A stretch of 58,368 nt of DNA. It comes from a virus (taxonomy: Duplodnaviria; Caudoviricetes). Of this stretch, positions 47,636 to 56,296 are shown piece after piece (the first letter of the stretch is position 1; each line of letters starts with the position of its first letter). The stretch lies in IMG/VR virus record IMGVR_UViG_3300046171_000264, positions 1-58,368 of that record; one strand, 5' to 3'. The notes under the pieces are model-generated. The model saw only the letters and a list, made by a program, of their open reading frames with translations, was not told where the DNA came from and ran no database searches. Position numbers and translations under genes: made by a program.

Positions 47636-48712
47636 TCACACCAACGCCAGGCAAGCCTCCCGAGCTCGTTCGATGCGTTTCGCTGATGTGCCGCCCCAAA
47701 GAGACTCGAGGCGAGCACGCGCACGCTCGGTGGAGTCCTTCGCACGGCCTCCGTCGTGGGTGGCCTGCTGAGTGATGGCGTTGAACAGGGCGTACGCAGT
47801 CCCCCGGACGCCGGGGATGTCATTAATCCCCAGCCCGGTGTTGCCGGAGTAGTGGCTGCGAATTGTGCCGATCTCGGGTAGGTCGTTCAGCTCACGGAGG
47901 CGCTTGTCCCCAGTCCGCTTGTCACGGATTGGGGTGGCGAGCTTGTCGGAGTAGGTCTGCTTCAACACCAGGATGGCGATCTCTGGGGTGAGCGTCACCT
48001 TCGTAAGCTCACGCAGCTCATCCACGGATTGAGCGAAGGTGCGCCGCTCGATGTCGATCAGCTGTGGCAGCTTCTGAGTAAAGTCTGTGACGCTGCTGGT
48101 GTGACGCCGGCGCAGGCCGGCACCCTCCTTCACTGCGCTGCTCGCAGCACGGCCAGTCAAAAAGTTGAGCTGATTGGCGCAGGCCAGGCGGACATCACTG
48201 AAGAACACGCCGAAGCCGCTGGAGCCATCATGAGAATTGAAGATGTGGAGGTAGCGGCGGACCCGGTCACCGGGGAGCACTTCGTCCTCGGTGTTGATGG
48301 CGGCGGTGGCGTAGACACGGCGCCCATTGCGGATCGACAGGACAGTCTCGAGATGGATGTCCTCTCGCAAGTAGTCGAGGAGGTTCACCAGGGCGTTGTT
48401 CTGTACAGGGGTGTAACCAGTGCCGTGGATACCGAGCAGCCCGTCGTTGTCGCTACGGACAATGGCGACGTGGTCAGGGGACTGAAGCGGGCCGTCGGCA
48501 CCCATGAAGGTGACCGGTCGACGCTCCGCGGTCCAGTTGAGCCCGGCGATCTGGAAGGCTTCAGCGGCGGAAGCGCGCTCGGGGACGAAGGTGCCCAGCT
48601 GGGCGGTGAGGGGGTTCACCGCGTAGCCGTGCTCGCGGTACTTGCCATAGACCATGGGGCCGGTGCCGTCAGCAGCGTAAGCAGTGGAAACGGCGTTGAG
48701 GCTTTTTTGCAT
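47636..48712 (-). CDS. DUF932 family protein
   Basis: AGLNW...YTPVQN...NSHDGS...VRLACANQL...GTAYALFNAIT. Confidence 0.88.
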   Translation of the reverse strand: MQKSLNAVSTAYAADGTGPMVYGKYREHGYAVNPLTAQLGTFVPERASAAEAFQIAGLNWTAERRPVTFMGADGPLQSPDHVAIVRSDNDGLLGIHGTGYTPVQNNALVNLLDYLREDIHLETVLSIRNGRRVYATAAINTEDEVLPGDRVRRYLHIFNSHDGSSGFGVFFSDVRLACANQLNFLTGRAASSAVKEGAGLRRRHTSSVTDFTQKLPQLIDIERRTFAQSVDELRELTKVTLTPEIAILVLKQTYSDKLATPIRDKRTGDKRLRELNDLPEIGTIRSHYSGNTGLGINDIPGVRGTAYALFNAITQQATHDGGRAKDSTERARARLESLWGGTSAKRIERAREACLALV

Positions 48713-48781
48713 GGAAGGAGTGAGGTTGGTGTAAACATCCGCGTTGATAAAGGAGACGCAGCCCTCCGGGGTGTTGTTTAC

Positions 48782-49048
48782 TTAATAACTAATAAGTTGA
48801 ACTTTTGTAATGCGCTTGCCGTCTAGGCGTAACGTGGTGTTAATCCTGTTAAAAGGAAAGCCTGTAGAACTGCACATAGAGACATAGCTAAGCTCAACAT
48901 CAAGATGTTGCCCGGTAGCCAGCACATAGCGTAGATGTTCGGTGTCTTGGTGCAGGGGGTCCCCTACGCCTCCGAGGCCTTTTTTGTATCGCTGGCAGGC
49001 TTGTTCGACAATTGAAGTGATCTTGCCTGTAGGGATTGGTTCAGTCAT
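48782..49048 (-). CDS. Hypothetical protein
   Basis: ATGA-coupled small early gene. Confidence 0.55.
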   Translation of the reverse strand: MTEPIPTGKITSIVEQACQRYKKGLGGVGDPLHQDTEHLRYVLATGQHLDVELSYVSMCSSTGFPFNRINTTLRLDGKRITKVQLISY

Positions 49049-49305
49049 TCTCCTAAGTGAATCAGGTGAGTTTCGAGGTACTTGTGGGCCTCGTGAAGTT
49101 TGCGGGCGGCCTCGTTGCGTTCAGTGGTGGCCTGCTGCCAGGCGCCGTCTGGTTGCACGTAGTAATCGCGCTGGTTGAACTCGACAGCGTTGAACGCGGT
49201 GATGGCTTCATTCAACCGGTTCCATGCATCTAAGTAGCCCTCAGAAAGCATCTTGCGGCTTGTGCCGTTGAGATGAACAGTGGGGAAAACAGTGGGTTCA
49301 GTCAT
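49045..49305 (-). CDS. Hypothetical protein
   Basis: PTVHLNGTS...NQRDYYVQ. Confidence 0.65.
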   Translation of the reverse strand: MTEPTVFPTVHLNGTSRKMLSEGYLDAWNRLNEAITAFNAVEFNQRDYYVQPDGAWQQATTERNEAARKLHEAHKYLETHLIHLGE

Positions 49306-49487
49306 ACGTCCTCGGTGTAGTGAATGCCTCCAGGCCCGTACTTCAGCAGATAATCAGGAAAGGCTTGCTCGATAGTTGCTCGGTTGCGGGTGTCGGCGCA
49401 TTGCCAGGTCTGCGCCAGCGATCTGCAGAAGCTGCCGCCGCAGCGGCGCATGGTCGCGAAGGTGTATTCCAGTTGCTTGGAGGTCAT
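49302..49487 (-). CDS. Hypothetical protein
   Basis: GGSF...LA..W..AD..NR..I..AFP. Confidence 0.65.
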   Translation of the reverse strand: MTSKQLEYTFATMRRCGGSFCRSLAQTWQCADTRNRATIEQAFPDYLLKYGPGGIHYTEDV

Positions 49488-49822
49488 CGAAACTTGGTGG
49501 AAAGGGAGACATAAACAGTGGGGGAATCGGTGGCAATGCCCTCCTCCTGCTCGCGGCGCTGCAGCTGCTTGATGCGTTTTATCTCGGCTTCAAGCTCGGG
49601 GGAATATTCCCAGTTGTGGCGCACCTTGCGGCTCACCACCAGATCGCCGTGCTCGATGCAGTCGATATTCAGCCGCTGCATGCGTGCTGTCAGCCATTGC
49701 CTGTGACCGACCAACTCGGCAGTGAGCCGCTGGGCCTGCATCTGAAGCTGATGGGTTGCACTTAAGCGGCGGCCGATAGCACCTTCAGGGGAGTAGGTGC
49801 GGGTTTGTTTGGTTTTTTGCAT
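49484..49822 (-). CDS. Hypothetical protein
   Basis: Coupled early ORF, W.YSPE motif. Confidence 0.65.
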   Translation of the reverse strand: MQKTKQTRTYSPEGAIGRRLSATHQLQMQAQRLTAELVGHRQWLTARMQRLNIDCIEHGDLVVSRKVRHNWEYSPELEAEIKRIKQLQRREQEEGIATDSPTVYVSLSTKFR

Positions 49823-50933
49823 GGAATTGTGCGTTGTGTGTGGAGACTAGCAGGTGATCACAGGATTGTGCAACTAACGGCAGGAAACACCGCAGATGAA
49901 CTCGGGCATGCGGAACACCCCAGCGGAGTGATCGTGAATGTCCGTGTAGTGCTGGGCATAAGCCAGCGCCGTGCGTTTGTTGGTGAAGTAGTGGCGGTCG
50001 CTTTCAAACCCGCGATGAAAGTCGCCGTAGTAGGCATCACGAGTGGTGATGACAGCCCACTTGCCTTCGGCTTGGGTGGCTTGTTTGTCGGAAAGCTCGT
50101 TGAAGCGGTCTACCCGTTGCTGGAAAGGGCGGTCGAAGTTGTACTGCACTAGATCAATGAAAGAGTTACAGGGCCAGTGGTTTGCCCGTATAAACGGGCA
50201 CCGCATGAGAGCGGTTTGGAGATGGAGTTGACGAACTCCACGCCCTCGTGAGCAATGGCGCTCTTGCAGGGGTGGGACTTGCCCTTGTACTGGACGGTGT
50301 AGGGGCACACGTCCTCGCCAGCTACGGCGCGGCGCAGCAGGTTCTGGTTGACATGGATGCGTTTGATGCATCCTGCGGGGAGGGTCTTAGTCAACCCCTC
50401 GGGGATGGCATTAGTCGAACTCATGGCGCATCCAAAAACAGCAAAGTTGATCAACCTCTTTGAGAGGTTGTGTGGCATAAATGCCACCGGATCTTTTAAT
50501 GATCCAAGACGCACATCCGTGCGCGTCGTAAATGTCAGGCCATTGAAGGCCCATGTAATTAATTAGCTGGGTCAGTGTCATTAAATGTACCTAAGAGACG
50601 GATACATTTGGCGTAGCCTTGTTCAGCTACGGCAGCCTTATTTATGCGCTCCGCAATTACGGATTTGAGCGCATCCACGGTTCGGTAGACGAGTTCATTT
50701 TCATCGTCCTCGTCTGACACTGAGTGTTGAACTAAAGAAACAGCTGTGAACAGAGCCTGAAGCTCGCGGAAAGCGGCTTCATATTCACTCCTCGCGGAGT
50801 CGAGCTGAGAAACTAGCTGTGCGTGTCGAAGATCCATGAGGTTCAGGTTCAGGTACAAAGAAAGGCTGAGCCAGAGCCCAGCCAAGGAAGACACCGACTG
50901 CCAGCAGGGCAGCCGGGTGAACGGGTCGAGTCA

Positions 50934-51659
50934 TCAGTTGATTGAAGTAAACGCTTTACGACGTGTGCCATGCGCCGGTATGTAATACCCACCAGTGCTG
51001 CCGTCACATGCGTGGCAAGCGGCACAGGTTGTCTGGTGACCGGCCTGGGCTGAGGCAGGGCAGAGCGTCAGACCGGCGGGAGCGGGCTGGCCGGGCTCGG
51101 TGACGAGATAGGGCTGCCAGCTGTGTGCGGTTGCGTCGAGGTAGTCGCGCATTCCGTGGCAGGACGCTTGCAGGAAGTCGCGGTAAGGCTCGGCAGCCTT
51201 GCGACGCCATTGCGCGGTGTAGCCGGTGTGGTTGCGGACGCGGGACAGGCAGTCGCGCCAGACGTGCTCGGGGACGCAGAACGGGTCACCGGCGGAGCCG
51301 ATCCGCAGGTCGAACCCGGACAGCACGTCGTAGTCGTCCAGGTGGGCGTAGTTGCTGCGCCGGTAGCACTGCCAGACCGAGAGCGGAGCCTGATACCACC
51401 GGACGTAGCAGGTCTTTTGAACGAAGTGGGCGCAGCCGCCGCAGACGGACACGTTGGAACCGTCGCGGTAGCCGACGTTCGGGGCGACGTCCTGGCGCAA
51501 AATCCAGGTCTGAAGCATGTGGCCGGTCTTGTCGTTGGCGGATGCCTGCTCGAAGCCGGTGACGATGCAGACAATGGGAGCGCCGTCGATGGGCGAAGAG
51601 CCCTCCCAAAGGATGAGGCCGTTGTTATTCATGCCAGTAAGGATTAGTAAAGGGTCCAC
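50934..51659 (-). CDS. Cys-rich protein, possibly radical-SAM/Fe-S-like
   Basis: N.KTG...VCGGC.H....CYV, LRIGSAGDP, HTGYT, CPA....TCAACHAC. Confidence 0.6.
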   Translation of the reverse strand: MDPLLILTGMNNNGLILWEGSSPIDGAPIVCIVTGFEQASANDKTGHMLQTWILRQDVAPNVGYRDGSNVSVCGGCAHFVQKTCYVRWYQAPLSVWQCYRRSNYAHLDDYDVLSGFDLRIGSAGDPFCVPEHVWRDCLSRVRNHTGYTAQWRRKAAEPYRDFLQASCHGMRDYLDATAHSWQPYLVTEPGQPAPAGLTLCPASAQAGHQTTCAACHACDGSTGGYYIPAHGTRRKAFTSIN

Positions 51660-51933
51660 AGTTCATTGACTGATAACAGTCATGACTCAAACGCGTTTGA
51701 TCACGTCAATAGCTGCGTCAGCAGGTGCGTCTACACCCCGGACATGATTAGCAAAGTGTTCAATTGCATCGTCTATATCGATGCACTCACTGATCTCGGT
51801 CCAGCCAAATAGGCCAGACTCGGTAGTCCATGTGATGCTGAAAGTCATTCGCCTGATGCCTCAATAGTGTTTTGGAGTGTTTCCACAATGTCCATGCAGT
51901 TGCAGAGCATCGTGATTGCAGGGAGTGAGACGT

Positions 51934-52152
51934 TCATTTGAGATTGGCGATGCGGGTTGCGAGCTGATCGATAGGGCCGTTCCATGCACGGCCTCGGTTG
52001 CCTTCCCTGAAGGCGGCCAAATACTGCTCCTGGTTGTCCTTGTCATAAGGCAGATCCGTTGTGTGCCAGTCGTTGTAGAACGACAGGGCGTTGACGATCG
52101 CCAGCTGTCCGGCCTCGGTGAGGATGGCGTGGACGCGGGTGGTGATAGGCAT
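51934..52152 (-). CDS. Hypothetical protein
   Basis: Early small ORF. Confidence 0.55.
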   Translation of the reverse strand: MPITTRVHAILTEAGQLAIVNALSFYNDWHTTDLPYDKDNQEQYLAAFREGNRGRAWNGPIDQLATRIANLK

Positions 52153-52158
52153 TGTTCA

Positions 52159-52443
52159 TTAGGAGAGATAAAGGATGTAGTCGGAGGATTCACGGCAGTT
52201 GCAAGCCCACGTCCAGAGGACGCGCTTGCGGTTCTCTTCGTGGTCACACAAGTCAGAGCTATCCCACGCACCGAAGCCGCTCAGGTACTCGCGGAACAGC
52301 CAGGCAGGCCCGTCAAAATCAAGATGGTCCACCCAATAGTTCACGTCCTCATCGCAGTCACCCTGATGGCTGCAATCAATGACGCACTCCAGGGGGAGTT
52401 GCCGCACAGCGGTACGGTCCATAAACCAGTCGTTTTTGTACAT
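52159..52443 (-). CDS. Hypothetical protein
   Basis: CSHQGDCDEDV...GAWD...N.KRVLW. Confidence 0.6.
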   Translation of the reverse strand: MYKNDWFMDRTAVRQLPLECVIDCSHQGDCDEDVNYWVDHLDFDGPAWLFREYLSGFGAWDSSDLCDHEENRKRVLWTWACNCRESSDYILYLS

Positions 52444-52446
52444 GAT

Positions 52447-52716
52447 TTACATAGGAGCGAGGATTGAATAAGAACGGATGCGGGAACGTTTTTCGGATTG
52501 CGGACGCTGCCGAATCTTTATGGTCTGGCCCATGAACTCCATCCGGCGCATGAACCACCCAAGGTCACAGTCCTCTTCCAAATAGACGTACTCACTGCGC
52601 TCGTAGGAGAACGGTGAGAATTCAGAGCGCCAACGCGCTCCGAGGTGCTCACGCAGCACGGCAATGGGCACCTTGAGCCAGCCGTGGCTGGGGTCGGAAT
52701 AGAAGTCGAAAGTCAT
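52447..52716 (-). CDS. Hypothetical protein
   Basis: DPSHGWLKV...YLEEDCD motif. Confidence 0.7.
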   Translation of the reverse strand: MTFDFYSDPSHGWLKVPIAVLREHLGARWRSEFSPFSYERSEYVYLEEDCDLGWFMRRMEFMGQTIKIRQRPQSEKRSRIRSYSILAPM

Positions 52717-52907
52717 CAGTTCACACAGTGGTGGTTGTTGTATTTGCGGAGCATCCGCATATAGCGGGTCTCCTCGACTTCGGCGGAAGCTCGCTTTGCT
52801 TCCAACTTCGCGAGATAGTCCCGGTCAAAGTTCGGGACTTGCTTGTACGTCTCGACGAGAGCCCGGGCGTGGCGGGCTTTTTCAAGAATTTGATCTCCGG
52901 TGTTCAT
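52716..52907 (-). CDS. Hypothetical protein
   Basis: Coupled small ORF. Confidence 0.55.
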   Translation of the reverse strand: MNTGDQILEKARHARALVETYKQVPNFDRDYLAKLEAKRASAEVEETRYMRMLRKYNNHHCVN

Positions 52908-52909
52908 GG

Positions 52910-53143
52910 TCAGAGGCGAACTCGAAGTCCGGCGGGGAGGTCACGGTTGCGGCGGGTCAGTTCCATGCCATAGGTGCTCGCTTGATCGAGGTAGAAGCCC
53001 TCGCGAGAGGGATTCCAGCCACGCATAGCGTCAGCTGCCTTATGACAGTCGGCCACGATGTAGCGAAGGGAATAGGAGTCGAGCGTCTTGGCATGGCACT
53101 CCCATCGGTCGAAGTGCTCGGGTGTGGCGTGCTGCTGGATCAT
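52910..53143 (-). CDS. Hypothetical protein
   Basis: Likely start MIQQHATPEHF overlapping the upstream stop; SLRYI..DC..A...EGFYLDQ. Confidence 0.6.
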   Translation of the reverse strand: MIQQHATPEHFDRWECHAKTLDSYSLRYIVADCHKAADAMRGWNPSREGFYLDQASTYGMELTRRNRDLPAGLRVRL

Positions 53144-53376
53144 TGGCCGGCCTCGATGAGGGCGAACAGTTCTTGCTTGACAGCGGAGACGGTGGAACCT
53201 TCCACGGTGTGGATGCCGTAGATGCCGTAAAAGCACGGTTCGCCAGTGCTCAAATCCATCTCGGAAGTGATTAGTGCGATGGCTTGGGGGCGGACGCCCT
53301 CAGGACGGGGCACGTCTGTGCGCCAGATGAACTCCAGGTAGCCGTCCGCGTCAGCGCGGCGGGAGTTGAATTGCAT
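53140..53376 (-). CDS. Hypothetical protein (first gene of the early operon)
   Basis: 78-aa ORF after the structured leader. Confidence 0.55.
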   Translation of the reverse strand: MQFNSRRADADGYLEFIWRTDVPRPEGVRPQAIALITSEMDLSTGEPCFYGIYGIHTVEGSTVSAVKQELFALIEAGQ

Positions 53377-53425
53377 GGTGCTAAAACCTCAGCTAGGGGA
53401 CAAGCTCGGGGGAGAACCCGAGCAA

Positions 53426-53518
53426 TGGCGACCAGGGGGACTTGAACCCCCATACAGAAAGCCCACCCCCTAACAAGGGAGCGGGCAAACTGCGCCTTGC
53501 CACAGAAGTGGTGGTCGC
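53426..53518 (-). ncRNA. tRNA-like element with a non-canonical body
   Basis: Acceptor stem GCGACCA/TGGTCGC and perfect T-arm GGGGG-TTCAAGT-CCCCC, but no standard D loop or 7-nt anticodon loop. Confidence 0.6.
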
Positions 53519-53960
53519 AAAATGCTTGTGGTGACTAATCCGTCAGAGCATTTCTGACACCTGTAAGGCTCGGACCCCACAGACCGGATGCATGAAGTGG
53601 CATTGCCGGGATCTATTCCGCTTGCGGCAGGAGGCCCAACCCCCCTGAGCAGTAGTACGTTTTACCTACCGCAACCCGCTACGGGTGCTACAACCGATAC
53701 TTTGCTGCGCGTCTGCCGGGCATACTCCTCTCGGTTTCACCGATCCCCTCCCTTGATCACTACTAGCAGCTCCGCTCCGTCAGCCAGGTGTTACCTGGGG
53801 AGCACGTCAAGCCCGTTCGCGTTAAGCGGCTCATACTCCGCTTTCGGTACAGGGACCGGGCCTATCGAGAGCTTTCTGCCCTTAGTCGGCGTCGGTCTAT
53901 CTATGGCGCAGCTACTATCGGCCGCGGTTTTCTTAATGCATGGGCTGGACTTCGTTCGAT
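53519..53960 (-). ncRNA. Candidate large structured non-coding RNA or leader
   Basis: No ORF of 60 aa or more on the minus strand; many short hairpins with purine-rich loops. Confidence 0.45.
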
Positions 53961-53964
53961 GTGA

Positions 53965-54220
53965 CTATGGTTGCATCACTTGGCAAGTCTGTCAAGTGAT
54001 CGACCGGAAGTGATTCGGTGGGACGTCTAAGCGTCACAGGACCGTTACCTCTGGCCCTTCAATACTTGCATGAGCTAAAGGTGCTGTCAAGTATTAGGCA
54101 ACAAATAGGCTAAGTCTCGTGAGACTTAGCGCACGCTGAGGGAACCTCCTGAAGTAGAAAGGAACCGCGCACGCGCGGGTGTGCCTGACCCAGTATTGCA
54201 TGGCTTCGACCTAGCGTCAA
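53965..54220 (-). promoter_or_regulatory. Three tandem leftward promoter-like motifs TTGAC(A/G)-N14-TGCAA
   Basis: -35 hexamers at 53990-53995, 54085-54090 and 54215-54220, each exactly 14 nt from TGCAA. Confidence 0.7.
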
Positions 54221-54368
54221 GAGTATTGGGTGAGTCTCATGAGACGCACGAAGGGGCGGTGAGTCTCAGTGAGTCCCAAACTGAGATCAGACCCAGTGAA
54301 AACCCGAAGGGGGGTACATCTGTACATATCAGGGATAGGCCTACAAAAAATGTATATGTATGTAGTAA

Positions 54369-55241
54369 TTAATCTTTAACAAGATTGCTATCATCGCATA
54401 GTCTTACACGCAGCTTACGGATTGACTTAGCATATATAGCGGAAGCTTTGTGGCGAGTGATCCCGAGTTCAGTAGATAATTCTTTAAGGGATTTGTTGTC
54501 AAAGAAATAACCGATCATCAGAGTGCGAGCGACGGGCTCCAGGGTGTCGAGTGCGACCTCGAGCTTCTCATCGCGCTCGGTGATCAGGGCGGCTAGCTCC
54601 GGGGACTCGAAACCGCTCGGATCGGGCGACGTCAACACTTGGTCTATCGAGCTGTCACTAAAGCGAGATAGCGCGTCAAGGGACAAACAATGAGCAGCGT
54701 CACAATTACTCAGCACGTCTCGGATGCGAGTAATTGATAATTTTGTCACTTTTGCTAAGTCTTGCACGGTAGGGTGTTCACCCGTCTTAGAATTGTATTC
54801 TGTTACTGCTCGCTGGATCGTGCGCATATCGTCCTGGACATTTATAGGTATGCGAATTGTTTGAGCTGTGTTGTAGATAGCGCGGGATATTGATTGACGG
54901 ATCCACCAATAGCTGTAAGTACTAAAGCTGTAGCCACGTGCAGGATCAAATAGCTCTAGACTACGCAGTAAACCTAAGTTACCTTCTTGAATTAGATCAC
55001 CTAAATCCAGTCCACGTTGTGTGTACTTCTTCGCAATGCTTATGACTAAACGAGCATTGGTCTCTACCATAAGACGCATAGATCGCTGACCACGCAGCTT
55101 GACACTGTGTGTTGCGTGCTTACGGCCTCCGGGCCAGTCAACGTACTCGCGGATACGTCGACAATGGTGGAGTTGTGCTTCTTTTGTTAGTACAGGGAAC
55201 CGCGTAATACTGTGCATATACGCGTCTAGCTCAGATGCCAT
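54369..55241 (-). CDS. RNA polymerase sigma-70 factor (RpoD/group-2-like, cyanobacterial type)
   Basis: NARLVISIAKKY..RGLDLGDLIQEGNLGL...FDPARGYSFSTYSYWWIRQSISRAI...TIRIP; region 4 HTH. Confidence 0.95.
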   Translation of the reverse strand: MASELDAYMHSITRFPVLTKEAQLHHCRRIREYVDWPGGRKHATHSVKLRGQRSMRLMVETNARLVISIAKKYTQRGLDLGDLIQEGNLGLLRSLELFDPARGYSFSTYSYWWIRQSISRAIYNTAQTIRIPINVQDDMRTIQRAVTEYNSKTGEHPTVQDLAKVTKLSITRIRDVLSNCDAAHCLSLDALSRFSDSSIDQVLTSPDPSGFESPELAALITERDEKLEVALDTLEPVARTLMIGYFFDNKSLKELSTELGITRHKASAIYAKSIRKLRVRLCDDSNLVKD

Positions 55242-55254
55242 GCGTAGCGAGAGG

Positions 55255-55302
55255 TAGGTATGCGAATTGTTTGAGCTGTGCTGTAGCTAGCGCGGGGTAT
55301 TG
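55255..55302. repeat. 48-nt copy of sigma coding segment 54845-54892 upstream of the sigma gene
   Basis: 45/48 identity. Confidence 0.95.
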
Positions 55303-55313
55303 GAGGCTCAGCA

Positions 55314-55889
55314 TTACGGTCGCAGGGAGTCGGTCAGCCTTAAACCCTCTAAGCGTAGCTGAGAGTGTAAATACCCTATAGAGCCATTGTTGTGTATGGT
55401 TCTGTTGAAGCTGAAACCTACTAAACCTCCATCAGAACGGTGTGTGCTCTTATGCGTGGCCTCGGCGTCTGAACGTCTAACTTCCCAAAGCTCACCTCCT
55501 TGTTCAATTATTAGTTCAGCTTCATTAGGAAAACGCACATCGTCAACTACGATAGGAAAAGCCGTAGTACTTTTTATTTGGTGATACCTAGCAAGCCAGC
55601 ATTTAAGCCACACATCAGGGTGCACATGATCACGGCCCCATTCAGTACCGAGAGTGCGTAACAGATCTCTAACGCTGATTGGAGGATAAATACCTTTAAC
55701 AGCGTCTGTTTTAGTCATTAAAGCTGCTTCAGCTTCTTCAGCATCGTACCCAAGAGACACAAGAAATGTAGTCACCATGGATTTAATAGGAGTAGCGAAG
55801 CTGTGCACCTTGAAGCCATACTGGGCTAAATACTGAGCTACAGTAGTCTTGCCACAACGAGGGGCACGTGAATAAATACCAATGAGCAT
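55314..55889 (-). CDS. Deoxynucleoside monophosphate kinase
   Basis: APRCGKTT, SFATPIK, RDLLRTLGTEWGR, VDDVRFPNE. Confidence 0.9.
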   Translation of the reverse strand: MLIGIYSRAPRCGKTTVAQYLAQYGFKVHSFATPIKSMVTTFLVSLGYDAEEAEAALMTKTDAVKGIYPPISVRDLLRTLGTEWGRDHVHPDVWLKCWLARYHQIKSTTAFPIVVDDVRFPNEAELIIEQGGELWEVRRSDAEATHKSTHRSDGGLVGFSFNRTIHNNGSIGYLHSQLRLEGLRLTDSLRP

Positions 55890-55891
55890 GA

Positions 55892-56296
55892 TTAAGGGTT
55901 AGACGTGGGAAAGCCTTTAGGATTAAGCATAAGTAGAAAGATTGTATACATGTGAAAAGCTGTGTCTTTGTATGCTTGCGGAGGTGTAGGTCCACCTCTT
56001 TCGGGATCACCTAAGCTAAGCCAAAGCGACATAGCTATAAGGCTTGAATTAACGTCTAGTACACTATCCTGACACATTAAATCGCAAATGCTGGCTAAAG
56101 CGTAGTAAGCTAATTCGTTCCAGTTAATGCCTAATGTATCACGCAGCATATCGGTTACTTCCACTGCTAAGGCTTGTATGTGGTCTGAATTTAACAAGTC
56201 CGCAGGATCTAAAACCTTGTGGCGCATGTAAGACTCTAAGAACGCTCCGTGCAGCGTCTTAGCCACATAATCTTGAATAGGACTGATGTGGGTCAT
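55892..56296 (-). CDS. Hypothetical protein
   Basis: Coupled ORF in the operon. Confidence 0.65.
   Translation of the reverse strand: MTHISPIQDYVAKTLHGAFLESYMRHKVLDPADLLNSDHIQALAVEVTDMLRDTLGINWNELAYYALASICDLMCQDSVLDVNSSLIAMSLWLSLGDPERGGPTPPQAYKDTAFHMYTIFLLMLNPKGFPTSNP

Noticed and set aside
53588-54013. 141-aa + strand ORF
   Set aside because: Antisense to the promoters and operon, Ser/Pro-rich and overlapping the hairpin region; likely spurious.
54845-55302. DGR template/variable repeat pair
   Set aside because: No reverse transcriptase in the genome; the repeat is short and its three mismatches are not all at adenines on one strand.
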